From positions 4,712,001-4,776,000 of the forward strand of contig CATNEN010000030.1 of the NCBI GenBank assembly GCA_950097015.1: a stretch of 64,000 nt of DNA. Direction: 5' to 3'. The first letter of the stretch is position 1. Each line of letters begins with the position of its first letter. A program made the position numbers and the translations under genes. The notes below the pieces were generated by a model. That model saw only the letters and a program-made list of their open reading frames with translations, was not told the DNA's origin and did no database searches. Source of the DNA: Macrostomum hystrix (lineage: Eukaryota > Animalia > Platyhelminthes). This document shows positions 25,220 to 38,438 of the stretch, piece after piece.

Positions 25220-26750
25220 TCAACGTCAACTGGGGAGTCATCATCAAAATGGGGATCAAGGTAAACTGGGGGATAATCGTCAACTGGAGGATCTTGGTAA
25301 ACTGGGGGATAATTGTCAACTGGGGGATCATTGTCAACTGGGGGATCGTTGTGAACTGGGGGATCATTGTAAACTAGGGGGTAATGGTCAACTGGGGGAT
25401 AATTGTCAACTGGGGAATCATCATCAAATGGGGGATCATGGTCAACTTGGGGATCATTGTCAACTGGGGGATCATTGTCAACTGTGGGATCATTGTCAAC
25501 TGGGGGATCATTGTCAAATGTGGGAACATTGTCAACTGGAGGAACATTGTTAACTGGGGATCATCATCAATGGGGAGACTTCATCAACTGGGGGATCATT
25601 GTGAACTGGGGGATCTTTGTTAACTGGGGGATCATTGTCAACTGGGGGATCATTCTCAACTGGGGGATCATTGTCAACTGGGGGATCATTGCAAACTGGG
25701 GGATCATTGTCAACTGGGGGATCATTTTCAACTGGGGGATCATCATCAACTGGGGGATCATTGTGAACTGGGGGATCTTTGTCAACTGGGGGATCATTGT
25801 CAACTGGGAGATCATTGTCAACTGGGGGATCGTTGTCAACTGGGGGAACTTCATTGTCAACTGGGGATCATTGTCAACTGGGGGATCATTGTCAACTGGG
25901 GGATCATCATCAACTAGGGGATCATTGTCAACTGGGGGTTCATTGTCAACTGTGGTATCATTGTCAACCGGCGGGATCATTGTCAACTGTGGGATCATTG
26001 TCAACTGAGGGATCATTGTCAACTGGGGTATCATTGTCAACTGGGTGATCATCATCAACTGGGGGATCATTGTCAACTGGGGGAACATTGTCAACTGGAG
26101 GAACATTGTTAACTAGGGATCATCATCAATGGGGAGACTTCATCAACTGGGGGATCATTGTGAACTGGGGGATCTTTGTTAACTGGGGGATCATTGTCAA
26201 CTGGGGGATCATTCTCAACTGGGGGATCATTGTCTACTGGGGGATCATTGTCAACTGGGGGATCATTTTCAACTGGGGGATCATCATCAACTGGGGGATC
26301 ATTGTCAACTGGGGGATCATTGTCAACTGGGGGATCATTGTCAACTGTGGGATCATTGTCAACTGGGTGATCATCATCAACTGGGGGATCATTGATAACT
26401 GGGGGAACATTGTCAACTGGAGGAACATTGTTAACTGGGGATCATCATCAATAGGGAGACTTCATCAACTGGGGGATCATTGTGAATTGGGGGATCTTTG
26501 TTAACTGGGGGATCATTGTTAACTGGGGGATCATTCTCAACTGGGGGATCATTGTCAACTGGGGGATCATTCTCAACTGGGGGATCATCATCAACTGGGG
26601 GATCATCATCAACTGGGGGATCATTGTGAACTGGGGGATCTTTGTCAACTGGGGGATCATTGTCAACTGGGGGTTCATTGTCAACTGGGGGTTCATTGTC
26701 AACTGGGGGATCATTGTCAACTGGGGGATCATTGTCAACTGGGGGTTCAT
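25220..26750 (+). repeat. 18-bp satellite, unit 4
   Basis: Direct tandem repeats. Confidence 0.97.
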
Positions 26751-27417
26751 AGTAGCTTTAAAAAGCTGTAAATTCAGCTTCTAAAAAGTCTATACTAGAC
26801 GAATTAAAAGTATTTCTGCTCCCCGAAGGGGGGCAAATCTTGCTAGTCCACTATACTAAAAATGAAATGGTTGGTTGCTTGTAATTGATTTTCTCCCGAA
26901 CGGCTCAACCGATTTTCACCATTTCTTCACCAAAAGATGCTAAATATGGGGACAATTGTACACGTATTTTTATTAAGCTTAACTTTATTGCTAAGGGGAT
27001 TAAATATTCGAAAAACATGATTTTTCAAAGGTCAAATTCAAAGGTCAAACCACTCACTGCCACTGAATTAGAATTGCATCGTCAAATTGCGCAACAACCC
27101 CTAGCTGATTGAATTTGAAGCCTGCACTCTGGAGACAAATTGGAAATAAATGTACACAACCAACCGCGAGACTGAGTGTACTCTATTTTCTTACTTCATT
27201 GTACAAAGCCAGAACTTTGAGAATTCATTTTATAAGGCTGATTTCTGCACCCACTAACCAACAGTCGGAATAGCCGATGTGTAAGGCACTAGGAATAAGT
27301 TAGGCTAGGCTAGGGTTCGATTCTGCACTGCGTCAAATCATTTAGACTAATTTTCAGCCAGTAGTGATTGAAGATTATTTTGATTTATTTTTTTCATTTC
27401 GTAAATAAAATATCATA

Positions 27418-30400
27418 AATCATAGCAAACCTGAATTTGAATCATGGCAAAAATAGAGCTTGAATCATGGCTAAACCAGCGTCTGAATCATGGCTAAACC
27501 AGAGTCTGAATCATTGCTAAACCAGAGTTTGAATCATGGCTAAACCAGAGTTTGAATCATGGCTAAACCAGAGTTTGAATCATGGCTAAACCAGAGTTTG
27601 AATCATGGCTAAACCAGAGTTTGAATCATGGCTAAACCAGAGTCTGAATCATGGCTAAACCAGAGTTTGAATCATGGCTAAACCAGAGTCTGAATCATGG
27701 CTTAACCAGAGTTTGAATCATGGCTAAACCAGAGTTTGAATCATGGCTAAACCAGAGTCTGAATCATGGCTAAACCAGCGTCTGAATCATGGCTAAACCA
27801 GAGTTTGAATCATGGCTAAACCAGAGTCTGAATCATGGCTTAACTAGAGTTTGAATCATGGCTAAACCAGAGTCTGAATCATGGCTAAACCAGCGTCTGA
27901 ATCATGGCTAAAGCAGAGTTTGAATCATGGCTAAACCAGAGTCTGAATCATGGCTTAACCAGAGTTTGAATCATGGCTAAACCAGAGTTTGAATCATGGC
28001 TAAACCAGAGTTTGAATCATGGCTAAACCAGAGTTTGAATCATGGCTAAACCAGAGTTTGAGTCATGGCTAAACCAGAGTCTGAATCATGGCTAAACCAA
28101 CGTTTGAATCATGGCTAACCTAGAGTCTGAATCATGGCTAAACCATAGTCTGAATCATTGCTAAAATAGAGTCTGAATCATGGCTAAACCAGAGTCTGAA
28201 TCATGGCTAAACCAGAGTCTGAATCATGGCTAAACTAGAGTCTGAATCATGGCTAAACCAGAGTCTGAATCATGGCTAAACTAGAGTCTGAATCATGGCT
28301 AAACCAGAGTTTGAACCATGGCTAAACCAGAGTTTGAATCATGGCTAAACCAGCGTCTGAATCATGGCTAAACCAGCGTCTGAATCATGGCTAAACCAGA
28401 GTTTGAATCATGGCTAAACCAGAGTCTGAATATTGGCAACACCAGAGTTTGAATCATGGCTAAACCAGCGTCTGAATCATGGCTAAAGCAGAGTTTGAAT
28501 CATGGCTAAACCAGAGTCTGAATCATGGCTTAACCAGAGTTTGAATCATGGCTAAACCAGAGTTTGAATCATGGCTAAACCAGAGTTTGAATCATGGCTA
28601 AACCAGAGTTTGAATCATGGCTAAACCAGAGTTTGAGTCATGGCTAAACCAGAGTCTGAATCATGGCTAAACCAACGTTTGAATCATGGCTAACCTAGAG
28701 TCTGAATCATGGCTAAACCATAGTCTGAATCATTGCTAAAATAGAGTCTGAATCATGGCTAAACCAGAGTCTGAATCATGGCTAAACCAGAGTCTGAATC
28801 ATGGCTAAACTAGAGTCTGAATCATGGCTAAACCAGAGTCTGAATCATGGCTAAACTAGAGTCTGAATCATGGCTAAACCAGAGTTTGAACCATGGCTAA
28901 ACCAGAGTTTGAATCATGGCTAAACCAGCGTCTGAATCATGGCTAAACCAGCGTCTGAATCATGGCTAAACCAGAGTTTGAATCATGGCTAAACCAGAGT
29001 TTGAATATTGGCAACACCAGAGTTTGAATCATGGCTAAACCAGCGTCTGAATCATGGCTAAACCAGAGTTTGAATCATGGCTAAACCAGAGACTAAATCA
29101 TGGCTAAACCATCATCATCAGCATGGCTAAACTAGAGTTTGAATCATGGCTAAACCATCATCATCAGCATGGCTAAACTAGAGTTTGAATCATGGCTAAA
29201 CCAGAGTTTGAATAATGGCTACACCAGAGTTTGAATAATGGCTAAACCAGATCTTGAATCATGGCTAAACTAGAGTTTGAATCATGGCTAAACCAGAGTC
29301 TGAATCATGGCTAAACCAGCGTCTGAATCATGGCTAAAGCAGAGTTTGAATCATGGCTAAACCAGAGTCTGAATCATGGCTTAACCAGAGTTTGAATCAT
29401 GGCTAAACCAGAGTTTGAATCATGGCTAAACCAGAGTTTGAATCATGGCTAAACCAGATCTTGAATCATGGCTAAACTAGAGTTTGAATCATGGCTAAAC
29501 CAGAGTCTGAATCATGGCTAAACCAGCGTCTGAATCATGGCTAAACCAGAGTTTGAATCATGGCTAAACCAGAGTCTGAATCATGGCTTAACCAGAGTTT
29601 GAATCATGGCTAAGCCAGAGTTTGAATCATGGCTAAACCAGAGTTTGAATCATGGCTAAACCAGATCTTGAATCATGGCTAAACTAGAGTTTGAATCTTG
29701 GCTAAACCAGAGTCTGAATCATGGCTAAACCAGCGTCTGAATCATGGCTAAAGCAGAGTTTGAATCATGGCTAAACCAGAGTCTGAATCATGGCTAAACC
29801 AGAGTCTGAATCATGGCTAAACCAGAGTTTGAATCATGGCTAAACCAGAGTTTGAATCATGGCTTAACCAGAGTTTGAATCATGGCTAAACCAGAGTTTG
29901 AATCATGGCTAAACCAGAGTTTGAATCATGGCTAAACCAGAGTTTGAATCATGGCTAAACCAGAGTTTGAGTCATGGCTAAACCAGAGTCTGAATCATGG
30001 CTAAACCAACGTTTGAATCATGGCTAACCTAGAGTCTGAATCATGGCTAAACCATAGTCTGAATCATTGCTAAAATAGAGTCTGAATCATGGCTAAACCA
30101 GAGTTTGAATCATGGCTAAACCAGATCTTGAATCATGGCTAAACTAGAGTTTGAATCATGGCTAAACCAGAGTCTGAATCATGGCTAAACCAGCGTCTGA
30201 ATCATGGCTAAAGCAGAGTTTGAATCATGGCTAAACCAGAGTCTGAATCATGGCTAAACCAGAGTCGGAATCATGGCTAAACCAGAGTTTGAATCATGGC
30301 TAAACCAGAGTTTGAATCATGGCTTAACCAGAGTTTGAATCATGGCTAAACCAGAGTTTGAATCATGGCTAAACCAGAGTTTGAATCATGGCTAAACCAG

Positions 30401-31463
30401 AGTTTGAATCATGGCTAAACCAGAGTTTGAGTCATGGCTAAACCAGAGTCTGAATCATGGCTAAACCAACGTTTGAATCATGGCTAACCTAGAGTCTGAA
30501 TCATGGCTAAACCATAGTCTGAATCATTGCTAAAATAGAGTCTGAATCATGGCTAAACCAGAGTCTGAATCATGGCTAAACCAGAGTCTGAATCATGGCT
30601 AAACTAGAGTCTGAATCATGGCTAAACCAGAGTCTGAATCATGGCTAAACTAGAGTCTGAATCATGGCTAAACCAGAGTTTGAACCATGGCTAAACCAGA
30701 GTTTGAATCATGGCTAAACCAGCGTCTGAATCATGGCTAAACCAGCGTCTGAATCATGGCTAAACCAGAGTTTGAATCATGGCTAAACCAGAGTTTGAAT
30801 ATTGGCAACACCAGAGTTTGAATCATGGCTAAACCAGCGTCTGAATCATGGCTAAACCAGAGTTTGAATCATGGCTAAACCAGAGACTAAATCATGGCTA
30901 AACCATCATCATCAGCATGGCTAAACTAGAGTTTGAATCATGGCTAAACCATCATCATCAGCATGGCTAAACTAGAGTTTGAATCATGGCTAAACCAGAG
31001 TTTGAATAATGGCTACACCAGAGTTTGAATCATGGCTAAACCAGAGTCTGAATCATGGCTAAACTAGAGTTTGAATCATGGCTAAACCAGAGTTTGAATA
31101 ATGGCTACACCAGAGTTTGAATCATGGCTAAACCAGAGTCTGAATCATGGCTAAACCAGAGTTTGAATCTTGGCTAAACCAGAGTTTCAATCATGGCTAA
31201 CCCAGCGTTTGAATCATGGCTAAACCAGAGTTTGAATCATGGCAAAAACCGAGTTTCAATCATGGCTAACCCAGCGTTTGAATCATGGCTAAACCAGAGT
31301 TTGAATCATAGCCAACCAGAGTTTGAATCTTGGCTAAACCAGAGTTTGAATCATAGCCAACCAGAGTCTGAATCATGGCAAAACGAGAGTTTGAATCATA
31401 GCCCACCAGGGTTTAAAACATGGCGAAACCTGAGTTTGAATCTTGGCTAACCCAGCGTTTGAA
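27418..31463 (+). repeat. 23-bp satellite, unit 5 (~4 kb, with higher-order repeats)
   Basis: Variant TTTGAGTCATGG at 28060/28635 (575 bp = 25 monomers) and 29969/30429 (460 bp = 20 monomers). Confidence 0.97.
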
Positions 31464-31466
31464 AAA

Positions 31467-32725
31467 TCAACGTCAACTGGGGAGTCATCATCAAAATGGG
31501 GATCATGGTGAACTGGGGGATCATGGTAAACTGGGGGATAATTGTCGACTGGGGGATCATTGTCAACTGGGGGATCATTGTCAACTGGGGGATCATTGTC
31601 AACTGGGGGATCATTGTCAACTGGGGGATCATTGTCAAATGGGGGATCATTGTCAACTGGGGGATCTTTGTCAACTGGGGGTTCATTGTCAACTGGGGGT
31701 TCATTGTCAACTGGGGGATCATTGTCAACTGGGGGATCATTGTGAACTGAGAGATCATTGTCAACTGGGGGGTAATGGTCAACTGGGGGATAATTGTCAA
31801 CTGGGGAATCATCATCAACTGGGGATCATCATCAACTGGGGGATCATTGAGAACTGGGGGATCTTTGTCAACTGGGGGATCATTGTGAACTGGGGGATCT
31901 TTGTCAACTGGGGGATCATTGTATACTGTGGGATCATTGTCAACTGGGGGATCATTGTCAACTGGGGGATCATTGTCAACTGGGGGATCGTTGTCAACTG
32001 GGGGATCATTGTCAACTGGGGGAACATTGTCAACTGGAGGAACATTGTTAACTAGGGATCATCATCAATGGGGAGACTTCATCAACTGGGGGACCATTGT
32101 GAACTGGGGGATCTTTGTTAACTGGGGGATCATTGTCAACTGGGGGATCATTCTCAACTGGGGGATCATTGTCAACTGGGGGATCATTTTCAACTGGGGG
32201 ATCATCATCAACTGGAGGATCATTGTCAACTGGGGGATCATTGTCAACTGGGGGATCATTGTCAACTGGGGGATCATTGTCAACTGGGTGATCATCATCA
32301 ACTGGGGGATCATTGTCAACTGGGGGAACATTGTCAAATGGAGGAACATTGTTAACTGGGGATCATCATCAATGGGGAGACTTCATCAACTGGGGGATCA
32401 TTGTGAACTGGGGGATCTTTGTTAACTGGGGGATCATTGTCAACTGGGGGATCATTGTCAACTGGGGGATCATTTTCAACTGGGGGATCATCATCAACTG
32501 GGGGATCATCATCAACTGGGTGATCATTGTGAACTGGGGGATCTTTGTCAACTGGGGGATCATTGTCAACTGTGGGATCATTGTCAACTGGGGGATCATT
32601 GTCAAATGGGGGATCATTGTCAACTGGGGGATCGTTGTCAACTGGGGGTTCATTGTCAACTGGGGGTTCATTGTCAACTGGGGGATCATTGTCAACTGGG
32701 GGATCATTGTCAACTGGGGGTTCAT
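31467..32725 (+). repeat. 18-bp satellite, unit 5 (variant order differs from units 1-4)
   Basis: Direct tandem repeats. Confidence 0.97.
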
Positions 32726-33480
32726 TGTAGCTTTAAAAAGCTGTAAATTCAGCTGCTACAAAGTATATACTAGACGAATTAAAAGTATTTCTGCTCTCCG
32801 AAGGGGGGCAAAACTTGCTAGTACACTGCTAAAGTCGAAAAACGTGATTTAGGCTATTTTTATGCATTTTTTATGATACAAATGTACAAAAAATAAGAAA
32901 CGACGACATGCTAGGAAAATCGGAATTTTTAGGCAAAGTGCACAACTAAATTGCGCACAATATGTATATCTTGAAATTTCGTCTTAGTTTATTGAAGTCG
33001 TTGCCGGTACGGAAATGTACTTTAACGACAGTACGGGGGACTTGCATACCGAACATACTTTTTAGCCTGTAACTTTTGAGCGGATTACCGGAGCGCGGCG
33101 TGCTTGGTGTCATTGAACTACATTTTTGATGTAATTTTATTTGAGTGTATGTTCGCTGTCATTGCACGATGTTTTGTACACCTCAGGCCAGGTCACGTGA
33201 CTTGCTGGAAATGAAATAATGACTTTGTACCTATACGAAGGATAGGGGAAGCATAAGAATGAGCCAAAATTTGTACTTATTAGAAACATCTAGATGACTG
33301 CTCTCAGAAAAAGTGACATTCACGTCTGTCAGTTGCAAAATTTAATTGACTGTCAAAGTTACCGTGTGCAGTGCACCCAATTACCGTGTGCAGTTCAAAA
33401 GCTGCATTCCATAAAAAAACTTTGGTTTTCACAGAGAGCGGTCAAAGTCGAATGCTGCTGTCAGCGACGACTCCGAACGG

Positions 33481-33690
33481 GGGGCGGCTGCTGCTAGCGC
33501 GGCGAGCGAATTTTGCAACCCCAACCAAGGGGCGGCTGCTGCTAGCGCGGCGAGCGACTTTTGCAACCCCAACCAAGGGGCGGCTGCTGCTAGCGCGGCG
33601 AGCGACTTTTGCAACCCCAACCAAGGGGCGGCTGCTGCTAGCGCGGCGAGCGACTTTTGCAACCCCAAACCAAGGGGCGGCTGTTGCTGG
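33481..33690 (+). repeat. 48-bp GC-rich minisatellite, ~4.3 copies
   Basis: GGGGCGGCTGCTGCTAGCGCGGCGAGCGACTTTTGCAACCCCAACCAA repeated. Confidence 0.95.
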
Positions 33691-35314
33691 CGCTGCTGCC
33701 GCTACCAGCGCTAACGATATTGAGAGGGGGCTGGTCGGGAAGGCCAGTAGCTGCAGCTGACTGTTAAACGGGGCTTCATCTCGCTGCTTTTATATATTTT
33801 TATTAATTAAAACTAAAGTACTTGTCTTCGTTCCTCGAACCCAGTTTCTGTTTAAGGCAGTGTTTTCACAGTGTACTCTTTAAGCACTCTTAAGTACTCT
33901 GGTACTCTTTAAGGGCGTAGCAATAGAGTACTCTGGTATTCTTTTAAAGTGCGTACTTTAAAGTAGGCAAGTACTTTTTAAAGTGCAACGCATTTCAGTC
34001 TGTCATCATTAATCCTAATTTTGTACTATATGAAAATCTCAATAATCGCTGGTACTCGTGCATTAGTACATACTCGCAACGTAAAATTAGTATATTTATT
34101 ATATGCATTTTATGCTTTGTGAATAACAAATATGTTCGGTCCCATTAATTATATCGTACGTACTGAAGTAACGCAACATCAAAATTATAAATTAATTTAG
34201 TATTTAAATATTATGTTCCAACCTGTCCATCCTGGTGATTCGAGTTGAATAACTGAGCATTTTAATTAATTAAAGATTAATATATATGGTAACGTGGCTT
34301 GATGGCACCACTCGTGTGTGTCTGCCCGTTCGTGTTGTTGCATGTACAAAACAAGTGCGGTTTTGGATAAAATCTGGATCATCTTTCCTTTAATTATCTG
34401 TTTACGTTTTTTGACAGGTGGGCATATGTAGATAGATCTCCTACTGTCTCTCTCACTCTCCGATTCTCCGCGCTCCCTCCCGCTGTTTTAATTTTGTTTA
34501 TTTTGTTCCCTAATAAAAACAAAAATTCACCCTCTCCCACAGGCTGTGACTGTGGGTCCCACATTCGGCTGTCAGTCAGTCAAGGAGATATTAGCGCTCA
34601 TCAAGATTTTGATACAGGAGTCAATGATGCAGTAGTCTGCTCTATTAAAGTGCTTCAGTGAGTATCCTCAGTACAAAGGCCGCTAAGTTTTGGAATATTT
34701 ATTAAGTTTTTTGTTCATTTTATTGGGTGACATGATCAGAAGTAAAAAATAATTCGAAATATTAAGCAATATTAATGCACTTCGACCTGCTAAGGTGGCA
34801 CACCTTCAATCTAGTTTAGGCACTAAATGTTCTAGACAAGGATTACTTAACTATCCATTCCTTTTGTTTTTTTATCACTTTTTTCAGATAAACTTTTTTC
34901 AAAGGTGACATACCGTTACTGTGCTCTTTATGTTTTGTGTTTGAATTGATTACGTCTAGCTAAAGTGCAAAAAATTAAATATGATTTCTCGGAAATCGAT
35001 GTGTTTACTAGCATTTTACGCGATGCAAGCGGAATAGTCAAATACAGGACAACGACCAATTCATTTTGGTTCTTACTAACAAGGATTAAAGGAATAAAAA
35101 TTGTTAATTAAAATTTATACTTGTACGGTCTTACCTTAAAATGTTTTTATAATAATTGTTGTAAAAATGTATTAATGCAAAACTAAAACCTAATGTTGAT
35201 ATTACATTTTGCTTAGAAAATCAATAAATCAATTAAATAAATCAATTAAATGTGTAGCTTTATTTCGTGAATTACTTGTGTGGTGTAAACTATTTATCGA
35301 AGCTCAGGAATATA

Positions 35315-36500
35315 CAGTGTTGGGCACAAGTCCGTTAATGTGCGTTAACCGTTAAAGTCCGTTAAAGTCCGCTAACGTTTTTTTAACTTTAACGGATCTC
35401 AGTTAATTTTTTTTCTCTTAACGGATTCATGATTTTCCGTTACTTTTTTTACGATTTAACTTCAGTTAACTTCCGTTAATTACGAATTTTGCACAAAATT
35501 CGCGTCAAATGAAAAGACTTGAACTCAGCATTTTTTCGCAACAATTTCAGAGAATCGGTCTAGATCGAAGTTGGCCCAAGTGACCAATTCACGTGGTTTC
35601 GCTGAGTTGGATAGTGCCAATGCCCACTGGTTATTATTATTATTGATTAATAGTTTGGCACAGTTTCAGTTTGGCTGTGACTAGTATTGATTAACTGATT
35701 AACAATGCTGAGTATGCATTATTTGTTAATCATTTTAAACGCATATTGCGCTAAAAAAAATAAAAAAAGAAACCGCTGCTACGCATGATGTTGGTTTCTC
35801 TTACGGAAAGAATAAAGTTACAGAAGTTGAGATAGATGAGGTGTGCAATATACTCTGAATTTGCTTCGAGTTCTCCAATGAATCTGCTGACTGGTTAAAA
35901 GTCTCTACAATATTAGAGTCGTTCTATCAGTGTATACTTTAGTATAGTGGTAGACTGGTAGTGCGGTTGTGATTGTGACTAGTGCCTGCACTGCCTGGTA
36001 GTGTGGTGTGGTTTAGTAGTTTCCGCCGCTTTTGCCCAATTAGCTTTTGGCTTTCTTCTACCTATCTTAGCCTTTCTTACTTAGGGCTTTTCATAATTTG
36101 TTCCATATGCCTATGTCTATGTCTATCTATGTAGTATGTATGAATATGCGGCTATGCCCTAGCCCCTTGTCTGTGCTTTTTATTCACTGCTGCGCTACTT
36201 TTGATATTTTACCCGGTGGTCAGTGGTCACACTGTTAATGCATCAGCTGACTCTGGAAACACCACTTGAAAATGGTGTCTCATGAAAATTACTTTGGAAA
36301 TCATGTGTTGCCGTGTTGGTTTCTCGTGCCCTTTATTAATTTTTATTTTTAACGCTTTTAAATTAACGCTTTTTAACGCTGAAACGTTAAATTTTTCTGA
36401 AATTAACGGCTAATGTTGTAAAACGTTAACTTTTTTGTAATTTTAACTTTAACGGATCGATGTTTAATGCGTTAAAAAAAGTTAACGATGCCCAACACTG
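35315..36500. mobile_element. hAT-like non-autonomous DNA transposon (1186 bp)
   Basis: TIRs CAGTGTTGGGCA/TGCCCAACACTG, a perfect 8-bp TSD GGAATATA and many subterminal TTAACG/CGTTAA motifs. Confidence 0.9.
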
Positions 36501-36664
36501 GGAATATATAGTTTCAGGTTTTTTCAGCTGAAGATGCCGGGCCATCTTTGATATTTTGTTGCAAGTTGCAAAGATCTGAGCTGAGCAAATCCAAAGATCC
36601 ACCCCAATCCACGTCACGCCATTGGGCCAATAACATGCCTGCAGAGCAAGGCAGCAAATGAAGG

Positions 36665-37048
36665 GTTAATAATAATAATAATTGCAGGAGGGCTGCGGGC
36701 AGTGGCACATCATTTGGTGACACTAGACCCGCAGCCAGCGAGGAGGCAATTCTGCCCATTTCGCTGACTCCTGAGCACACACGTACACAGATACTGTACG
36801 CAGGCACACACTCACACAGGTGTGTACATCTGCCCTGACTTTTTCATCGTCAGGCAGTGTACATTTCACTGTGCCTTGGAGGTTGGCCCTCAAGGGCGTA
36901 AATTGCACGACAAGCCCTCAAGCCTTCTCTCGGCGCCAAAGCCAAGCCAGGCGCCAAGCCCCAAATAAATGTGGCCTCGCCGTGGAATCGAACTTAGTGA
37001 CCGTGGTGCAAGAGGCAAACGCGATAACCGCTCTGCCACCGACCCCCC
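36665..37048 (-). mobile_element. tRNA-derived SINE
   Basis: Minus-strand head with A-box TGGCAGAGCGG and B-box AGTTCGATTCC. (ATT)n tail near 36668-36682. Confidence 0.65.
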
Positions 37049-37899
37049 GATCCCAGGGTTACAGAAAAACTTTAGTTTTGAGGAACTGAAGATTATTTGA
37101 TTTTATAATATGCTTAGGAAGCTTCGGAAAGGCTATGCCCTATTGTAGTTCAATAGTTTATTTTATAAAAATTGTTCTGCATCAAAGTTACTGTTTGTTT
37201 TACTGGTGTAGCGAAACTTTTTTCTTGACAGACTACTTTATCAGCAATATAATACACAGTCATGTATTTTTGTTACATAGAAATAAGAATGGCGTCTAGT
37301 ATATTATAATAGTTTCTTACTTCTATTATACTAGAAGTATTAGAAGTAAAATTCTGTGCTATTAAAATTATCGACTCGATTACTATATTTATATTATATT
37401 TAGTAGTCCTTGGTCCTTGAGCATGCCAGATTAGCAGTATCCGCAAGCTGGAGACCCCCGATGGCTCGTCTGGTGGCTGAGCTTGTGGCGGGACTCAGTC
37501 TGGTAGATCTGAGCGACGGAACCACTTGTCTGGAAGTTCTGCTTGGCGAGCAGCTTCCTGGAATGAATAGATTATGAGAGGAATAGAATTATAATTATTT
37601 TATTGTTGAAACCTAGTTTTACACTTTTGTACCTTCTAATGCGCTTCAGTTAGCAGAATGTTTTGTTTACAGTAGCAGTTGTTTACACAACTAAAATGAG
37701 TATAAATGGCACATAGTTCATTATAGTTGGGTTATTATAGGTTGATATGTCCCACCAGAGACTTCCCGTTATTACGGATATTTGGGAAAAATAAAGAACG
37801 CAGTTCGAAATAAACTAAATTCGCAATTCGCACAAACTGCAGTTCGAACCTACTCTCTTTTGGTACCAACAACAACAACAACAACAAAATACGCAAGCC

Positions 37900-38335
37900 C
37901 CAAACGTCAGGGAGGCGGCGTCAAATGATGCGCCGCAGAGCCAGCGCGCGCGAACATGGTCCGCGCCGGTGGCAGTGTCGGGCGCCCTGGCGTCGCTCAG
38001 CAGGCAGTCGACGTAGCGGCGGGTCCGAGCCTGGCCGCGCCTGAACGGGCCCTGCAGGGTGAGCAGAAGGACGTCCTGGGCAGGCTGGCGGCAGTAGCTT
38101 TCGGCCCGAATGACGTGGCCCGCTAGTCGAAGTCGTCGCTGGCGCAGGATGGTGGACGGGCGTTGCAGCTGAGCTCTCTCGTACAGAGCCTCCGTCCCGA
38201 CGCTCTCGTCAGCTTGAAAGGCCGCACGGAGCAGCCCCGAGTGCGCCGAGTCCAGCTGCCGCTCCAGCGTAGCCGTCAGCGTCCACGACTCGGCGTTGTA
38301 CAGCAGGACGGTCTCGATCACCGCCTGCCACAGCC
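37900..38335 (-). mobile_element. RTE-clade LINE 3' fragment
   Basis: ETVLLYNAESWTLT...RQRRLRLAGHVIR...RRGQARTRRYVD is a typical RTE ORF C-terminus. Confidence 0.85.
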
Positions 38336-38438
38336 GAGCCCTCTGGAACAGCCCTCTTTTGGTACCGTCATCACATTTTGTAATTTTAATACGTCACATT
38401 TGGAACAGCTGTGTAGCGAGCTGTTCGCTGCATTACTT

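Larger units (their letters stand above)
23711..26846 (+). mobile_element. Helitron unit 4 (3136 bp)
   Basis: CTAG|TC junctions. ORF track is identical to unit 3 at +3136. Confidence 0.85.
26847..32821 (+). mobile_element. Helitron unit 5 (5975 bp), with expanded 23-bp array and a distinct 3' half
   Basis: Starts with TC after CTAG. Ends CTCTCCGAAGGGGGGCAAAACTTGCTAG|T at 32821. Confidence 0.85.
12279..33294 (-). mobile_element. Putative outer non-autonomous Helitron (~1.25 kb native) interrupted by the array
   Basis: Minus strand: A|TCTAGATG start at 33294. A perfect 20-bp stem (12304-12323/12336-12355) lies about 20 nt upstream of CTAG|T at 12279. The flanks reconstruct an A|T site. Confidence 0.55.

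Noticed and set aside
13656-32725. CRISPR-like appearance of the short repeats
   Set aside because: Monomers abut with no unique spacers, there are no cas genes, and the context is eukaryotic.
15765-32852. Many ORFs (NWGIIV, GDHCQL, STGGSL, MIPQLT repeats) as genes
   Set aside because: These are by-products of an 18-bp monomer open in several frames on both strands, and they are broken by indels.
33371-33760. ORFs over the 48-bp repeat
   Set aside because: Explained by a GC-rich repeat whose length is divisible by three.
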